Part shown: positions 33,759-45,653 of the stretch, one piece after another
Layout of the letters: each line of letters opens with the position of its first letter
Numbering within the stretch: position 1 is the first letter of the stretch
IMG/VR virus record: IMGVR_UViG_3300047509_000139
Span: 1 to 61,500 of that record
DNA from: a virus
Taxonomy: Duplodnaviria > Caudoviricetes
DNA: 61,500 bases
Direction: 5' to 3' (one strand)
The notes under the pieces: model-generated
Database searches by the model: none
Told to the model about the DNA's origin: nothing
What the model saw: the letters and a program-made list of their open reading frames with translations, nothing else
Translations under genes and position numbers: made by a program

Positions 33759-34126
33759 TTCGTCTTCTCCAGAATGGCTATCGCGCGATCCGCCAATGCG
33801 CTCGTGATACCGGTAGAGAACTCGGTCTGCACGAGGTTCGGTTGAAAACCGTCAACGTCTCCATCATCGTCTATGATCACGAAAGATTCCAGGTCGAATT
33901 TGTGCCCGTTCTCGTCGAACCACTTCCAGATCTCACGCCCGCGCGTTGGAGATTCCAGGAGCAGAGAACCAGGCTTCGGATACTCGCGCAGGTCCGGAGT
34001 CTTGCCGACCACCTGAGCGCGGACTCCCCAAGATGACAGATATTCTCGGAGCTTTACCAACGGCGTACCGTAGCGCATTGTTTCCGAGGTCCGCAAGCAC
34101 GCGGAACTCATGGATTTCCTATCCAA
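33755..34126 (-). pseudogene. HAD domain of the Swiss Army Knife RNA-repair type, N-terminus apparently missing
   Basis: VVGKTP, RGREIWKW, FVIIDDD, LVQT..STGIT present; no N-terminal DxDG motif. Confidence 0.6.
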
Positions 34127-34626
34127 TCTCCAAACAAATCATGCGGAGGAAAGATCGGGGATAGCAGCGTTGAGTTTTTCCAGTTGAACAGGATTTTGCC
34201 AGTTCGCCCATTGCCGTCAACGAACGGATGAATCAGTTCGAACTCTTTGTAGAATTCCAGCGGCGTGAGGTTATCTTTCTGCTCAAACAAGAAGGCAAGT
34301 TTTAGCGGTACTTCCTCCCAATCTGGGAATATTCGCGAACCGATACGCACGCGTACCTGACGGAGGCCGTTTAGATTCTTGCGTGGCTCAATCATCTGCC
34401 CAAGCATGATCGCATCCTTTAATACAGGCCCACTCTGCGGACATGCTTGTGCAAGCGTCCACGCCCAGGCATTGAGCATCCAACCAACGCGGGTTATCCC
34501 GTCAAGAGCAGATACATCGTGCCCCTGCCTGCGAACTTCTTCAGCCACGTAATCGATAACACCGTACTTCAATCGGCACCTTCCTGCAATTGTTCCGGAA
34601 GTGGTGCAGGTATTGCACCATTCCAT
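34108..34626 (-). CDS. Fic/Doc-family protein (start uncertain)
   Basis: FELIHPFVDGNGRTGK. Confidence 0.85.
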   Translation of the reverse strand: MEWCNTCTTSGTIAGRCRLKYGVIDYVAEEVRRQGHDVSALDGITRVGWMLNAWAWTLAQACPQSGPVLKDAIMLGQMIEPRKNLNGLRQVRVRIGSRIFPDWEEVPLKLAFLFEQKDNLTPLEFYKEFELIHPFVDGNGRTGKILFNWKNSTLLSPIFPPHDLFGDWIGNP

Positions 34627-34877
34627 AGTTCGTCCTCATAGATCGGCTTGCCGAACTTGATCTGCGGTTGTACTCCGCAAGACGGGCACCAGAGGTGGTC
34701 AACGTATCGGACCTCGCCACCGCCGCCTCCGGCACAACCCCACTCTCTGCCCCACCAGATCGAGCGGCCGGTTCGGACGGTCTGGATGAACGCTCCAGTC
34801 TTCTTGCACTTGTAGCCGCCGTCCGGCTGACGCACGGCGTGCGCAGCGAGAAATAGCCAGTCAGTCTTTCGCATCAT
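34569..34877 (-). CDS. hypothetical zinc-binding protein
   Basis: CKKT...CPSC; co-directional. Confidence 0.55.
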   Translation of the reverse strand: MMRKTDWLFLAAHAVRQPDGGYKCKKTGAFIQTVRTGRSIWWGREWGCAGGGGGEVRYVDHLWCPSCGVQPQIKFGKPIYEDELWNGAIPAPLPEQLQEGAD

Positions 34878-35154
34878 GCGGTACCTTTCCGGACACCACG
34901 AAGTCCGCGAACTGCTTCAGCACCGCGCTGTAGCGGTCGTGATGCACTTCCGGATTCGAATGGAAATCCACTTCGGCCTCTTCCAGCCTGCGCCTCAACA
35001 GGTCTTTCGATCAGGTCGTCTATCATTCGCTGCAATCTGCTCCTTCTTGCTGATCAAATTCTTCGTAAGCGCCCATGTCTTGACGCGCGTCGTCTAGAGA
35101 TTCATTGAACATTTCATCGTTGTTGCGTTGCTCTTCCGTGTATTTTGCGTATGT

Positions 35155-35192
35155 CATGCGTTGAATATACCAGTATTCAAGTTGGATGTCAA
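35155..35192 (-). promoter_or_regulatory. repeated promoter/operator copy 4
   Basis: TTGACA-17-TATATT, palindrome, ATG 6 nt downstream. Confidence 0.85.
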
Positions 35193-35215
35193 CAGAAAAG
35201 TGATGTGCAAGAAGT

Positions 35216-36726
<1,511 letters not shown>

Positions 36727-36730
<4 letters not shown>

Positions 36731-37521
36731 TTTGCAACGTTCCAAAACAGAGCACCAGGAGACGCCTGTGTCTTTATGAACTGCCACGCCTTGGCATCGT
36801 AGTTTGTACACGACGGAAACGGCGGAGGTGCCTTGGCGTCCTGCTCGAACCTTTCCGGTGCAACCGTCAGGAACGCCCTCCCCGCATCCGGAACTGCGCC
36901 GATCTGAACTGCATGGAACTGAGCGCACGGCCAAGCCAACTGAAGTGCGCGTGTGAGCACGCCGCTTCCGGCTACGGTCCACACCTCAGTCGGCATTACT
37001 GGCAGCGATAACGCAAAGTAGGCAAGAGCACTGATGAACTCCACCGTATCCAACCCGAACGGTAGAAACGTTGCTCCAGAGATGGCACAGTAAGAACGCG
37101 CACGCGCACGGACCACAGACATGTATCCGACCGGGACCTCCACAATTCGCGCTCCCATGCGTTCAGCTTCCAGCGTCAGCGGATACCGTTCGGACCGCTG
37201 AGCGCAAAATATCGTGGCTCTCTTTCCAGTTGCAATAGCGGCATGAGCTAGCGCCACCTGAGCATATCCGTAAACCGGTGAAGCATAGACATATTCTTCC
37301 TCCGAACCATTCATCAGCAAGGGCAAGATGCGGGCTTTCGTTCCTCCAGGCACCAGATCGTCGCGGACCACGGTTATGCCTTCCACTTCCTCGATCACAG
37401 CCGGGGGTCCGAAACAGGTATCGGATGACAACGATATGCCGGAATCGAACAATCCCTGCTGTGCCGTCGTTCTAGCCACGCTTGCGCCTCGGAACAACTG
37501 GTTCCTGGACAGCCCGGCCAA
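36727..37521 (-). CDS. PLP-dependent enzyme-like protein (Trp synthase beta/cysteine synthase fold; start uncertain)
   Basis: VVRDDLVPGGTKAR, GYAQVALA, VAGSGVL, YDAKAW. Confidence 0.75.
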
Positions 37522-37673
37522 GGTGCTCCATCATCGCTGGATTGTCGCGCAGAGCATTGCGGAGTTCGACGATGCGTTTGGATGCGCGCACGACACCCGC
37601 TGGATCGACGCCACCCATGCATCGGTTCAGATCCCGTTTGGCACTTTCGAGTTCCGACAGCAGTACCGCACGA

Positions 37674-37916
37674 TCAGGCATCGTTGTCCCTCAGTTCGTA
37701 CACGGTGATACCGGAGTCTCGATCTCTGGCGATGCATACGATCACATGTCCGGCCTTCCTGAGATCGCTCACACGGCCGGTATACTTCAGCGATATTTCC
37801 GCCAACTCCCGGTTGGTAGCCCGCCCTCGCTGTAGCCGCTCCAGAATGGCGCGGCATTGGGCAGAAAGGCGGGCTACCTCTGGCGGAGTAGCCCATTGAA
37901 GACTCAGTTGATCCAT
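37674..37916 (-). CDS. small winged-helix protein
   Basis: ILERLQRGRATNRELA...RVSDLRKAGH. Confidence 0.7.
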   Translation of the reverse strand: MDQLSLQWATPPEVARLSAQCRAILERLQRGRATNRELAEISLKYTGRVSDLRKAGHVIVCIARDRDSGITVYELRDNDA

Positions 37917-37933
37917 GGCCGCCTCAGCGCCGA

Positions 37934-38614
37934 TTAAACAGGCTCCGCGTAATAGGTTCGCTCGCCGCTCTTCTCGGATTTCTCCGAACGCACTCCCTTG
38001 CCGGTAAGCGATTCTGCTCCGCGCTTAATCGTCCCGCCGAGCGCAGCCCGCACCGTGGATTCGCCCCAGCCGGTGCGCTCCATGATCTGAGCTATCGTTG
38101 CTCCACTCTTTCGCTGGAGCATGGCGACAACTTCCAGCGTCTTCGGTCCGAACGCTTCGTGACCATTGCTCGATGCCCTTGCTTTTCGGGCTTTCTTCTC
38201 CGCGGCCGGCTTTGCGACCTTCGCTGTCTTTGCCGCCTTTGCCGCCTTCGGCTTGCGCACTAGCTTATTCTTCGTTGCCATTTCCTCTCCTTCTCCTTTG
38301 CTTGCTTCCGCTGCCGCGATCTCTTCCTCGGTAGGACCGAGGCGCGAATCAGCGAGCCGCTGGATGACCTTCCAGATTCTACCCAGCATGTCTGTATTCG
38401 ACCGGACTTTGTTGACTGGCTTGCAATCCGCAAAGCCCGGTATACCAGCAAAGCTGTTCCACAACGCTACCAGCTTGCTACCCGGCCAGTCCGCGCCGAT
38501 GCGTAGCAGTTCTTCTTTCGCACTGAAGCAGATCTTATCCGGCTCGACCTCAGGATCAATCGGTTTTTCTACCGCAGCCACATTTAGATCAGAATCGATC
38601 GTGAAATAAAACAT
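37934..38614 (-). CDS. DUF3489-domain protein
   Basis: KTLEVVAMLQRKSGATIAQIMERTGW..TVR...GERTY; GGAGG upstream. Confidence 0.8.
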   Translation of the reverse strand: MFYFTIDSDLNVAAVEKPIDPEVEPDKICFSAKEELLRIGADWPGSKLVALWNSFAGIPGFADCKPVNKVRSNTDMLGRIWKVIQRLADSRLGPTEEEIAAAEASKGEGEEMATKNKLVRKPKAAKAAKTAKVAKPAAEKKARKARASSNGHEAFGPKTLEVVAMLQRKSGATIAQIMERTGWGESTVRAALGGTIKRGAESLTGKGVRSEKSEKSGERTYYAEPV

Positions 38615-38633
38615 CGTTCGTGTTTCCTCCGAC

Positions 38634-38665
38634 TTGAATGTACCAGTATTCAAAGTGCATGTCAA
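38634..38665 (-). promoter_or_regulatory. repeated promoter/operator copy 5
   Basis: TTGACA-17-TACATT; TTGAATA-N6-CATTCAA. Confidence 0.8.
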
Positions 38666-38870
38666 GAGAAAAGTGCACTGAGATTTAGTTGCTCCGGCTC
38701 CGGCGCGGTTTCTGCCGCCCGCGCGCGCTTCTTCGCGGCCCGCTTCTCCTCGCGCGCCTTCTGCCGCACCGCAAACCCATTGAGTCCGTCCAGCCGCCAC
38801 TTCACTTCGTCCCGAATTTCTCGCGAAGACGGAGTAAAACGGTTGAACGGATAAGGAAACCGCTCCTGCC

Positions 38871-39917
38871 TCACAAACCGCAACCTCCCTCACATTCCAT
38901 GGCGAAGCGGTTCTGCTTTTCGTTACCAAAGTCGATCTTATCTATAGGCTTGCAGGCTTTGTGCAGATAGAGTTTCTGCTTTAGATCGCGCGATACTAAA
39001 ACGTTCGGCGCTCGCATACCGGCGTCGATCCTTATAAGTGCATCGTGAGTAGTTGGCTGCTGCATGTGCCGCGCCCACGTCGGGTCATCCTTGAACGGGC
39101 ACATAATGCATGCGGAGCCGTAGACCTTGTGCGGGACGGAGTGCTGTAGCTCCCGGTCGCAATCATCGCGCGTAAGCATGCGGCCATCTTCGATCAACGG
39201 GAAATGAACGCGCCAGTTTGCCTTCTGTCGTCGCCCTGTCGTTACTGATATAACCGTCTCTTCGCCGAATAGCCCTTCCTGAACGGTATCTTCTTTATCC
39301 GCCGTCTCAAAACGCCGCGCTATATCGTATGCTCGTGAACGTTCGTCCCAGGAGATGCCGATGTACTGATGAACCACCATATCCTTTGGCAGACGATCTC
39401 CTGGCGACAGGCCGAGCAGTTCATACCTAATCGCGCGCTCGATGACCTCGATCTTGTATTCCTTCGTGCACTGACGTGGAACGATGGATAGATTGCGTCC
39501 TTCTATCGCGGCCGTATAGGCCGGAATGGTTGCGAACCGGTGGTGCATGTTCTCAGTAAGAGCATCGCCATTCGGATGATTAGGAGATACCGCATCATCG
39601 CGAAGCAGGTCCGAGCTAATCTGTCCTCGCGTGCGTACGAGGATCGGGCAACCGTACCCACCGTGGTTCGAACTCTTCACTAGCGGAGACTTAGAGTCCA
39701 GAAACGCGGCCTGCGTTCCAAGCCAATCCAGATGAGCGTAGAACGATTCCTCCGGGTCGGGTAAACCTTGCCGTCGTTCTTCTCCGCCTATTTCATCCTG
39801 TGTATCTGATATAATCGCGTAATCGAACCGCTGGATATCTCCGCGCATCGAAAGCAGGTACAGCCACGTTGACTGAACTCCCGCGCCAAGGTTGAGGATA
39901 TGCAATTCAAAAGTCAC
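38871..39917 (-). CDS. PAPS reductase/PP-loop family protein
   Basis: NLGAGVQS, SDTQDE, RQCTKEYKI, SACIMCPF, ECEGGCGL. Confidence 0.85.
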   Translation of the reverse strand: MTFELHILNLGAGVQSTWLYLLSMRGDIQRFDYAIISDTQDEIGGEERRQGLPDPEESFYAHLDWLGTQAAFLDSKSPLVKSSNHGGYGCPILVRTRGQISSDLLRDDAVSPNHPNGDALTENMHHRFATIPAYTAAIEGRNLSIVPRQCTKEYKIEVIERAIRYELLGLSPGDRLPKDMVVHQYIGISWDERSRAYDIARRFETADKEDTVQEGLFGEETVISVTTGRRQKANWRVHFPLIEDGRMLTRDDCDRELQHSVPHKVYGSACIMCPFKDDPTWARHMQQPTTHDALIRIDAGMRAPNVLVSRDLKQKLYLHKACKPIDKIDFGNEKQNRFAMECEGGCGL

Positions 39918-40201
39918 CGCGCCAACTCCCGCGCCCGCTCGTTCATCCTGGTTTCCAGCCGTTGCCGCTCCATCCTAATCACCGCGCGGAGATCTTCCTC
40001 CGTTGCCATACGCACGAACGTCCTCGCTTTGCCTACCCTACACGATGGACAGATGGCCGGAAGCCAAGGAGCAACGTACATCGCGACGCACGTCGGACAG
40101 AATACGTCGATGCCGCGGAACGGCTCTAGTTGCTCAGGCACCGACCAGGAACCTCGCTTCCCGAGCTTCGGTGATGGACCGAAACTTGTAGATCCTGTCA
40201 C
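39914..40201 (-). CDS. small zinc-finger protein
   Basis: CPTC...CPSC. Confidence 0.5.
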   Translation of the reverse strand: MTGSTSFGPSPKLGKRGSWSVPEQLEPFRGIDVFCPTCVAMYVAPWLPAICPSCRVGKARTFVRMATEEDLRAVIRMERQRLETRMNERARELAR

Positions 40202-40506
40202 CGTGCTCGATCACTACGGGAGTCGGTTTGTGAGCATCGAGCGACTTCCCGCACTCTAGGCAGCCGTCCCCGCTCCTCGGAGTCTTGCGCTGCGGTTCAC
40301 GAAATGGATGATCTTGTGGCATTGCTGGTGACCTCCTTCGGTACATAGACTGGATGCAGTATCGTCGGCTTGTTCGGACGCTGAGGAACCGGCAACGGTT
40401 TGATGCCCATTAGCACGAACTTGCGAAACCACTTCCGAACGGAGATTGCAGCGACGTGCCACTCAAGGCAGGGAAGAGGATCGCAGTAGCGGCAAGCGTT
40501 AGGCAT

Positions 40507-40968
40507 CTATCCGGTTACCTCCATCAACAGATCCATTTGCCCCTTGGCCGCGCCGGTATGGAGCCACGAGAACCTTTTCTCATAGCGGGCCATGAAGTCG
40601 TCCAGGTCTTTGATGTCGCCCCAAACCTCGGCACCGCGCTGCCGTTCGCGTTCCTGCCACCGGAACTGGCGGCAGACTCCGCATACCTTTGAATCTCCTG
40701 GGATACAGGTACACTGTCGGCGATCACCACGCTGCTTGAACTCGCACCATAGCACCAGCGTCAACCCGGCGATCTTGAAGTCGTCACCGATGTACCGGAC
40801 GAACAGGTAGTCACACTGGCCAGGCTCGCCGGAGGAGAACGTCTGCGCCGGTCCCTGAAACACTCCGCGCGTAATCCGAACGGCCCGCCACTGCCTCCAC
40901 GCCATGAAGTCGCAGCACTGCCGCGTTACATGGCGCTCCAGAACCTTGATCGAAGTGGACTGCTTCAT
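40507..40968 (-). CDS. VRR-NUC-like PD-(D/E)xK nuclease
   Basis: ERHVTRQC, GEPGQCDYL, WCEFK. Confidence 0.7.
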   Translation of the reverse strand: MKQSTSIKVLERHVTRQCCDFMAWRQWRAVRITRGVFQGPAQTFSSGEPGQCDYLFVRYIGDDFKIAGLTLVLWCEFKQRGDRRQCTCIPGDSKVCGVCRQFRWQERERQRGAEVWGDIKDLDDFMARYEKRFSWLHTGAAKGQMDLLMEVTG

Positions 40969-41103
40969 AACTTCACAATACCAAACATTCCACGTCAATC
41001 GTCATCTGCCGCCGGCCAGAATCCTGATAGCCGATCCCATTCGGTACGGCCATCTTGATCGGTAGCATGGCAAGAACATTCACATTGCCAGTCGTCGTCT
41101 ACT

Positions 41104-41466
41104 TCATCTCCGTCTCCGTAACCGATACGCCTTCAATTCATCTAGCCGCGATTTCAGGATCGCCATAGCCTTGCCGAATTCTTCTGGATCTTCTTCCATC
41201 GCCTCCCACTTCTCCATCGCTTCAGCCGCCGCGATGCAGATGTTGAGGAACTTCAACTCCGGCCGCTTTGGGCATTTCAGGATATGAGCTAACAGACGCT
41301 TGCTGCGTTCAGCATCCGACAACCCGCCGTAGTCCGATAGTTCTCCGCAGTAGGAGCAGTACGCCCGACCGATGGCATGCCACGTAGCCGCCTTGATCAG
41401 CCGCACGCGGTCCTGCTTCGGCGTGTGCAAGAGATCGGTCGAAAGTTGAGTGGCCCAGTCTTTCAT
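41104..41466 (-). CDS. zinc-finger hypothetical protein
   Basis: CSYCG...HILKCPKRP. Confidence 0.65.
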   Translation of the reverse strand: MKDWATQLSTDLLHTPKQDRVRLIKAATWHAIGRAYCSYCGELSDYGGLSDAERSKRLLAHILKCPKRPELKFLNICIAAAEAMEKWEAMEEDPEEFGKAMAILKSRLDELKAYRLRRRR

Positions 41467-42227
41467 ATCCCCGCCTCTGGAGCCCATATGGAATGCTGGT
41501 TAGAGTGCGCCCAGTACTTCTTCTCATCCGATCTCATCATCAACAAATGCGCCAACACGTCGTCTGTTGGTACGAGCGCTCCCGCCCAAGTCCCGTCAAA
41601 TAGTCCTATCGGATGCATGCAGAGAGCGCACAGGAGCCGAACGCCCACGTCTCCGCGCTTCCGGTCTGGAGTCGTCGTCATGGCTAACGTTGGACGTAGC
41701 CTGCGGAACATGTAGATTATCTTGCTGCGCGGGCTCGTTTCCAGGAACGTGCCGGTCATGACGTAAGCCTGATAAGCCCACTCCGAGACGTGCCGCTTGA
41801 AGGTTTCCAGTGCTTTCAGTTCCGCCTCAAAGCTCCATGACCGCGCCGCACCGATTGTATCGATCAACATCGTTGCTTGGTTCTGCCGCCGTCCATAGGT
41901 GAAGTAAAACCCTTTGGAATCGCGCCAGATCTGCAATCGTTTGCCGTCGCGGTAGGATTCCCAGGAATTGCGAAGAGTCACCGATTCGTCTACGTCAACG
42001 TTTCGGCATACGTGAAGGCTCGGCTCCGGATCAAAGGTCTGGGAAAGCCTTTCAGCGAACGGATACGACGGGTGAATTACCATCCGCATCCCCTTGACCG
42101 GCATCGGCATGCCGGCCCATTCGCCTTGCCGCTTCGCTTCTCGTGCGATGGCAGCGTGAACCTCGTCCCAGGAAACGCTTCCGGGAGTGATCTTGGCTCG
42201 CTTTGCTAGGTCCGTTAGGATGGCCAC
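41463..42227 (-). CDS. conserved hypothetical protein
   Basis: GGAGG before GTG; FLETSPRS..YMFRRLRPT, LCMHPIG. Confidence 0.7.
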   Translation of the reverse strand: MAILTDLAKRAKITPGSVSWDEVHAAIAREAKRQGEWAGMPMPVKGMRMVIHPSYPFAERLSQTFDPEPSLHVCRNVDVDESVTLRNSWESYRDGKRLQIWRDSKGFYFTYGRRQNQATMLIDTIGAARSWSFEAELKALETFKRHVSEWAYQAYVMTGTFLETSPRSKIIYMFRRLRPTLAMTTTPDRKRGDVGVRLLCALCMHPIGLFDGTWAGALVPTDDVLAHLLMMRSDEKKYWAHSNQHSIWAPEAGI

Positions 42228-42229
42228 GG

Positions 42230-42823
42230 TTATCCTCCAGCCGAGCGGCCTACCGCCGTCGCCTTGGTCGTCTCCATCGGTAGCCGCCTCTCCTTCTTGT
42301 GGGGTCCCTTGTGGCCTTTCGGGCGACCGCAGCTGCACAGAGTTGTATCTTCCGGTTCGACTGCGACGGTTGCAATCTTCTGAAATTTCTCTATGTAGGC
42401 TTGGTCTACAGGGGGATAAGTTGTAATTACATCGTTAGTTTCACGCTGTTTTCTTAGCCGATATGCACCTTCTTCCATGTCGGACTCTCGTGCTGCAAGC
42501 GGATCGAAATCGGCCACGATATACTCCCCGCGCGCTTCATCGAAGTCCTTGATTCTCTCGTACGCCTTCTTGCCATCGCGCTCAATTTCAACGATCAATG
42601 CGAACCCGCGCCGAAGCATGTCCGTAATGATCCGCTTCGCGCGTATGGTTTCGGACGGATTGTCCTTATCATATGTGATCTTCACATCCCCTCCCTGCAC
42701 ATTAAGAATCTCCAGTACGCCGGTCGGTTGCGGAAGTGCGGCTGCTTTTGCCGCCTGGGCTTCAAGGCATGCACGGCAAGCCTCCTTGTTCTCGCTGATC
42801 GTTTTACCGCATGCGCACTTCAT
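42230..42823 (-). CDS. hypothetical protein ending in Gly-Gly
   Basis: C-terminus TKATAVGRSAGG. Confidence 0.75.
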   Translation of the reverse strand: MKCACGKTISENKEACRACLEAQAAKAAALPQPTGVLEILNVQGGDVKITYDKDNPSETIRAKRIITDMLRRGFALIVEIERDGKKAYERIKDFDEARGEYIVADFDPLAARESDMEEGAYRLRKQRETNDVITTYPPVDQAYIEKFQKIATVAVEPEDTTLCSCGRPKGHKGPHKKERRLPMETTKATAVGRSAGG

Positions 42824-43098
42824 TTTGCCCCCCTTCGCTTCAGCAGCGATTGAAGCTCTTCCACGAGCGGAAAGATGTGCTTCTCCTGATGCTCGATCTT
42901 GTCCAGAAAGTGGTTGATTTGGCTCCGCCGTTGAAACAGCGCCTTCCGGATCTGGACGATGCGCAACTCGTCACCGCCTTCCCGCTTGATCTTGGCGTAC
43001 CGTTCCGCAGATTGATTGCGGACGCGCTCCTGATAGTCAGGATGAGTTTTGTAGTAGCGCTGATGGTAGGAAAGCGACCGGACAGGCATTACATGCAC
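42820..43098 (-). CDS. small basic coiled-coil protein
   Basis: Overlap-coupled ORF. Confidence 0.55.
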   Translation of the reverse strand: MHVMPVRSLSYHQRYYKTHPDYQERVRNQSAERYAKIKREGGDELRIVQIRKALFQRRSQINHFLDKIEHQEKHIFPLVEELQSLLKRRGAK

Positions 43099-43621
43099 CC
43101 CCTCAATATGAATACGGCCGCGATGAGGATGGCGATCAGAGCCCAGGGAGACGGTCGCCGGTTAGTCATTCATTGCCTCCATGGGTACGTCTCCGGCACC
43201 GCTTGATCGTTCAGCAGCGAGTATCTTGTTTATCTGCCGCTTCCATGCGTTGCGGACTTCATGGCGCGGACAGTCTCCGCCCATTTCGAATAAGCACTTC
43301 GGACGGTCAACTCCGGCTCCGCATGCTGGGCACTTCGGTTCAGGAGGAAGATTCATACCACCCCGATCAAGTGGAGCAACCACGTAACGATGGCCGCAGG
43401 CACCATGAACTCTCCGAGGAATAGTCCCGCTATCGCGCACGGCCAGAACGGTACGGCGACCGCATTGGCTCACGATGAGCGGCAACCACGTTTGGAGAAC
43501 GTACTGCGTCGTGAATCCTCCGGCTAGGAGGTTCGCCGCGACGATCATGATGCAGCAGCCGGAACTTAGGGTAAATCCTGCGAGCTGTTTAGCCATCGAA
43601 AACTAGTTTACTACTTTTCTG

Positions 43622-43650
43622 TTGCTTTTTCAAAACTTTTATTCTAGAAT
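43622..43650 (+). promoter_or_regulatory. promoter at the strand switch
   Basis: TTGCTT-17-TAGAAT, ATG 7 nt downstream. Confidence 0.7.
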
Positions 43651-43657
43651 CTTTTCG

Positions 43658-43855
43658 ATGGCTGAAAAAGAAGATTGGCGAACATTTGCAGGAGCTACCT
43701 TTCCTGTCGAAGTGGCTGAGCAGTTGGAGCGTCCATGCAAACGGGCCGATATAAAGAAGCGCAAGCGTCTACTTGAAATTGTACGACGCGGCCTTGCCGC
43801 TGAACGAAACCGTATGTTCGGACCGAAAGAATTGAAAGGCGCTACCAAACGATGA
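43658..43855 (+). CDS. putative ribbon-helix-helix regulator
   Basis: Strand-helix-helix pattern; first gene after the divergent promoter. Confidence 0.5.
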   Translation: MAEKEDWRTFAGATFPVEVAEQLERPCKRADIKKRKRLLEIVRRGLAAERNRMFGPKELKGATKR

Positions 43856-45270
43856 CCCCACAAGAGCAGCGCGGCCTAGTCAAGCGTGAAGAGTTCGCGG
43901 CTACGCAGGTTGAATCTTCCGCCGAGATCCAGGTAGCTGGAATTACGGCACGGGAGCGTGCCCGCGTTGAGGCCATGTCAATTATCGCGGAGCGACATCC
44001 GAGAAACTGGGATACTGTCCGTGTCCGGCTGCTATCGCACTGTGACCGTCCGGGTTTTGCCGAGATCGCCCGCTACTGCAAGCCGGTGGGAAAGAAGAAG
44101 GTCAACGGCAAGTGGGAGGATAGCTTTGCCGAAGGTTTGTCAGCGCGGTTTGCAGAAACCGCTCGTCAGGAAATCGGCAATATGTGTGCAGAAACCAGCG
44201 TCGTCTACGAGGACGACCTCATCCGCATCGTGCGCGCCTCAGTACTTGACCTCCAGCGAAATAACCTCGACTCTCGTGAGATCACTGTTGCCAAGGCAGT
44301 AGAGAAACGCGGGAAGAAGAACGCGAAAGGTGAATGGGAACCGCCAGAGGGCCGCGAAGTGATCGGACATCCGCGCATCAACTCGTACGGCGACCCAGTA
44401 TGGCTCGTCAAGGCTACCAACGACGAGATCCGCAACGCTCAAAACTCAGAGATCTCCAAGGCCCAGCGTGACGAGTCGCTTAGGCTTATCCCGAAGGACA
44501 TCCGCGACGATTGCGAAGCGCGAGTGCTCGAAACGTTGAACGATCCAAAGAAGGTAGATCCTACAGCGGCGCGCAAGCGGATCATCGACGCCTTCGCTTC
44601 GATCAACGTTACTCCGGACGACCTGGAGCTATACATTGGTACGAGGCTGGACAAGATTTCGCCGGCTCAGTTGAACAACCTGCGCGGCTTGTTCTCCGCG
44701 ATCAAAGACGGCGAGATATCGTTCGCTGATGCCTTTGAATCTGCTCAGGGCAAGAAACCGAGCGGTTCTCAGGCAGCCGCCGACTCCGTAGCCGACCAAA
44801 AGATCCGCGACCTGGAAGAACAGGCGCGAAAAGGTCAAGCGGGTTCGAATCCCGCCTCTGTTGAGTCGCAGAGAGACGCTGCTGGTAGCAGCACAGGCGG
44901 TTTGAAAGTTCCGCCAGACTCATCCAAATCCCCGCAAGCACCCTCGCAGCAAGAGGCCGCTTCTACCGCTGCTCCGCCGGACGCACAGACTGCCACTGCC
45001 GTTCCAGCGGAGGAGCGGCAAGCGGATGTACGGATTCCTATCTACACCATCGAGAATCCGCCGCCTGACCCTGAAGAAACCAACCTACCCAACGGATCGC
45101 GGTGCAACTTCATGGGGAAACCGCTCGTCGTAACGGAGGAAGCGGGTGAACCGAAGAAGTGGTCTCCAGATACAACCGCTCAGTCTCAACCGAAGCAGGA
45201 GCCGCCGAAGGATGCCAAGCCGGACGCTCCGAAGATCCAGTTTGGGAAGAAGCCGGGGAACGGGAAATGA
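43852..45270 (+). CDS. putative single-strand annealing/recombination protein
   Basis: Long ORF with low-complexity tail next to a Rad50-like ATPase; family assignment is inference. Confidence 0.55.
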   Translation: MTPQEQRGLVKREEFAATQVESSAEIQVAGITARERARVEAMSIIAERHPRNWDTVRVRLLSHCDRPGFAEIARYCKPVGKKKVNGKWEDSFAEGLSARFAETARQEIGNMCAETSVVYEDDLIRIVRASVLDLQRNNLDSREITVAKAVEKRGKKNAKGEWEPPEGREVIGHPRINSYGDPVWLVKATNDEIRNAQNSEISKAQRDESLRLIPKDIRDDCEARVLETLNDPKKVDPTAARKRIIDAFASINVTPDDLELYIGTRLDKISPAQLNNLRGLFSAIKDGEISFADAFESAQGKKPSGSQAAADSVADQKIRDLEEQARKGQAGSNPASVESQRDAAGSSTGGLKVPPDSSKSPQAPSQQEAASTAAPPDAQTATAVPAEERQADVRIPIYTIENPPPDPEETNLPNGSRCNFMGKPLVVTEEAGEPKKWSPDTTAQSQPKQEPPKDAKPDAPKIQFGKKPGNGK

Positions 45271-45653
45271 TCACGCGCCGCTACTTATTCTGGATGATCG
45301 CATGCGCCGTACTCGGTAGAAAGTTGTTCGCTGAATTGCATCTACCGATCGTAGATGACTTGCGCGATCTTCCACCGGGAGTTCCGGGGCTACTGCGCTT
45401 TGACTTTGCCGCGCAGTTTGCGAACGCTCTAGGAGTTCCGATGAAACCCGACCATCAGCCGGTCTGGTACTACATCTCCGCGATGGATAACAAGGTGCTG
45501 TGCCTAATCGTTCCGGATTACGAGACCGGCAAACCGGCAGCTATCCCGTGGATGAAGTCGCCGTATCCGGAGTTCGAGAAGAAGCTCTTGATTGAACACC
45601 TATCCGGAGTACAAACTAAGAATCGAACCCAATGGGTAAAGTTGCCGGAGTAG
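45267..45653 (+). CDS. hypothetical protein
   Basis: ATGA overlap. Confidence 0.55.
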   Translation: MITRRYLFWMIACAVLGRKLFAELHLPIVDDLRDLPPGVPGLLRFDFAAQFANALGVPMKPDHQPVWYYISAMDNKVLCLIVPDYETGKPAAIPWMKSPYPEFEKKLLIEHLSGVQTKNRTQWVKLPE

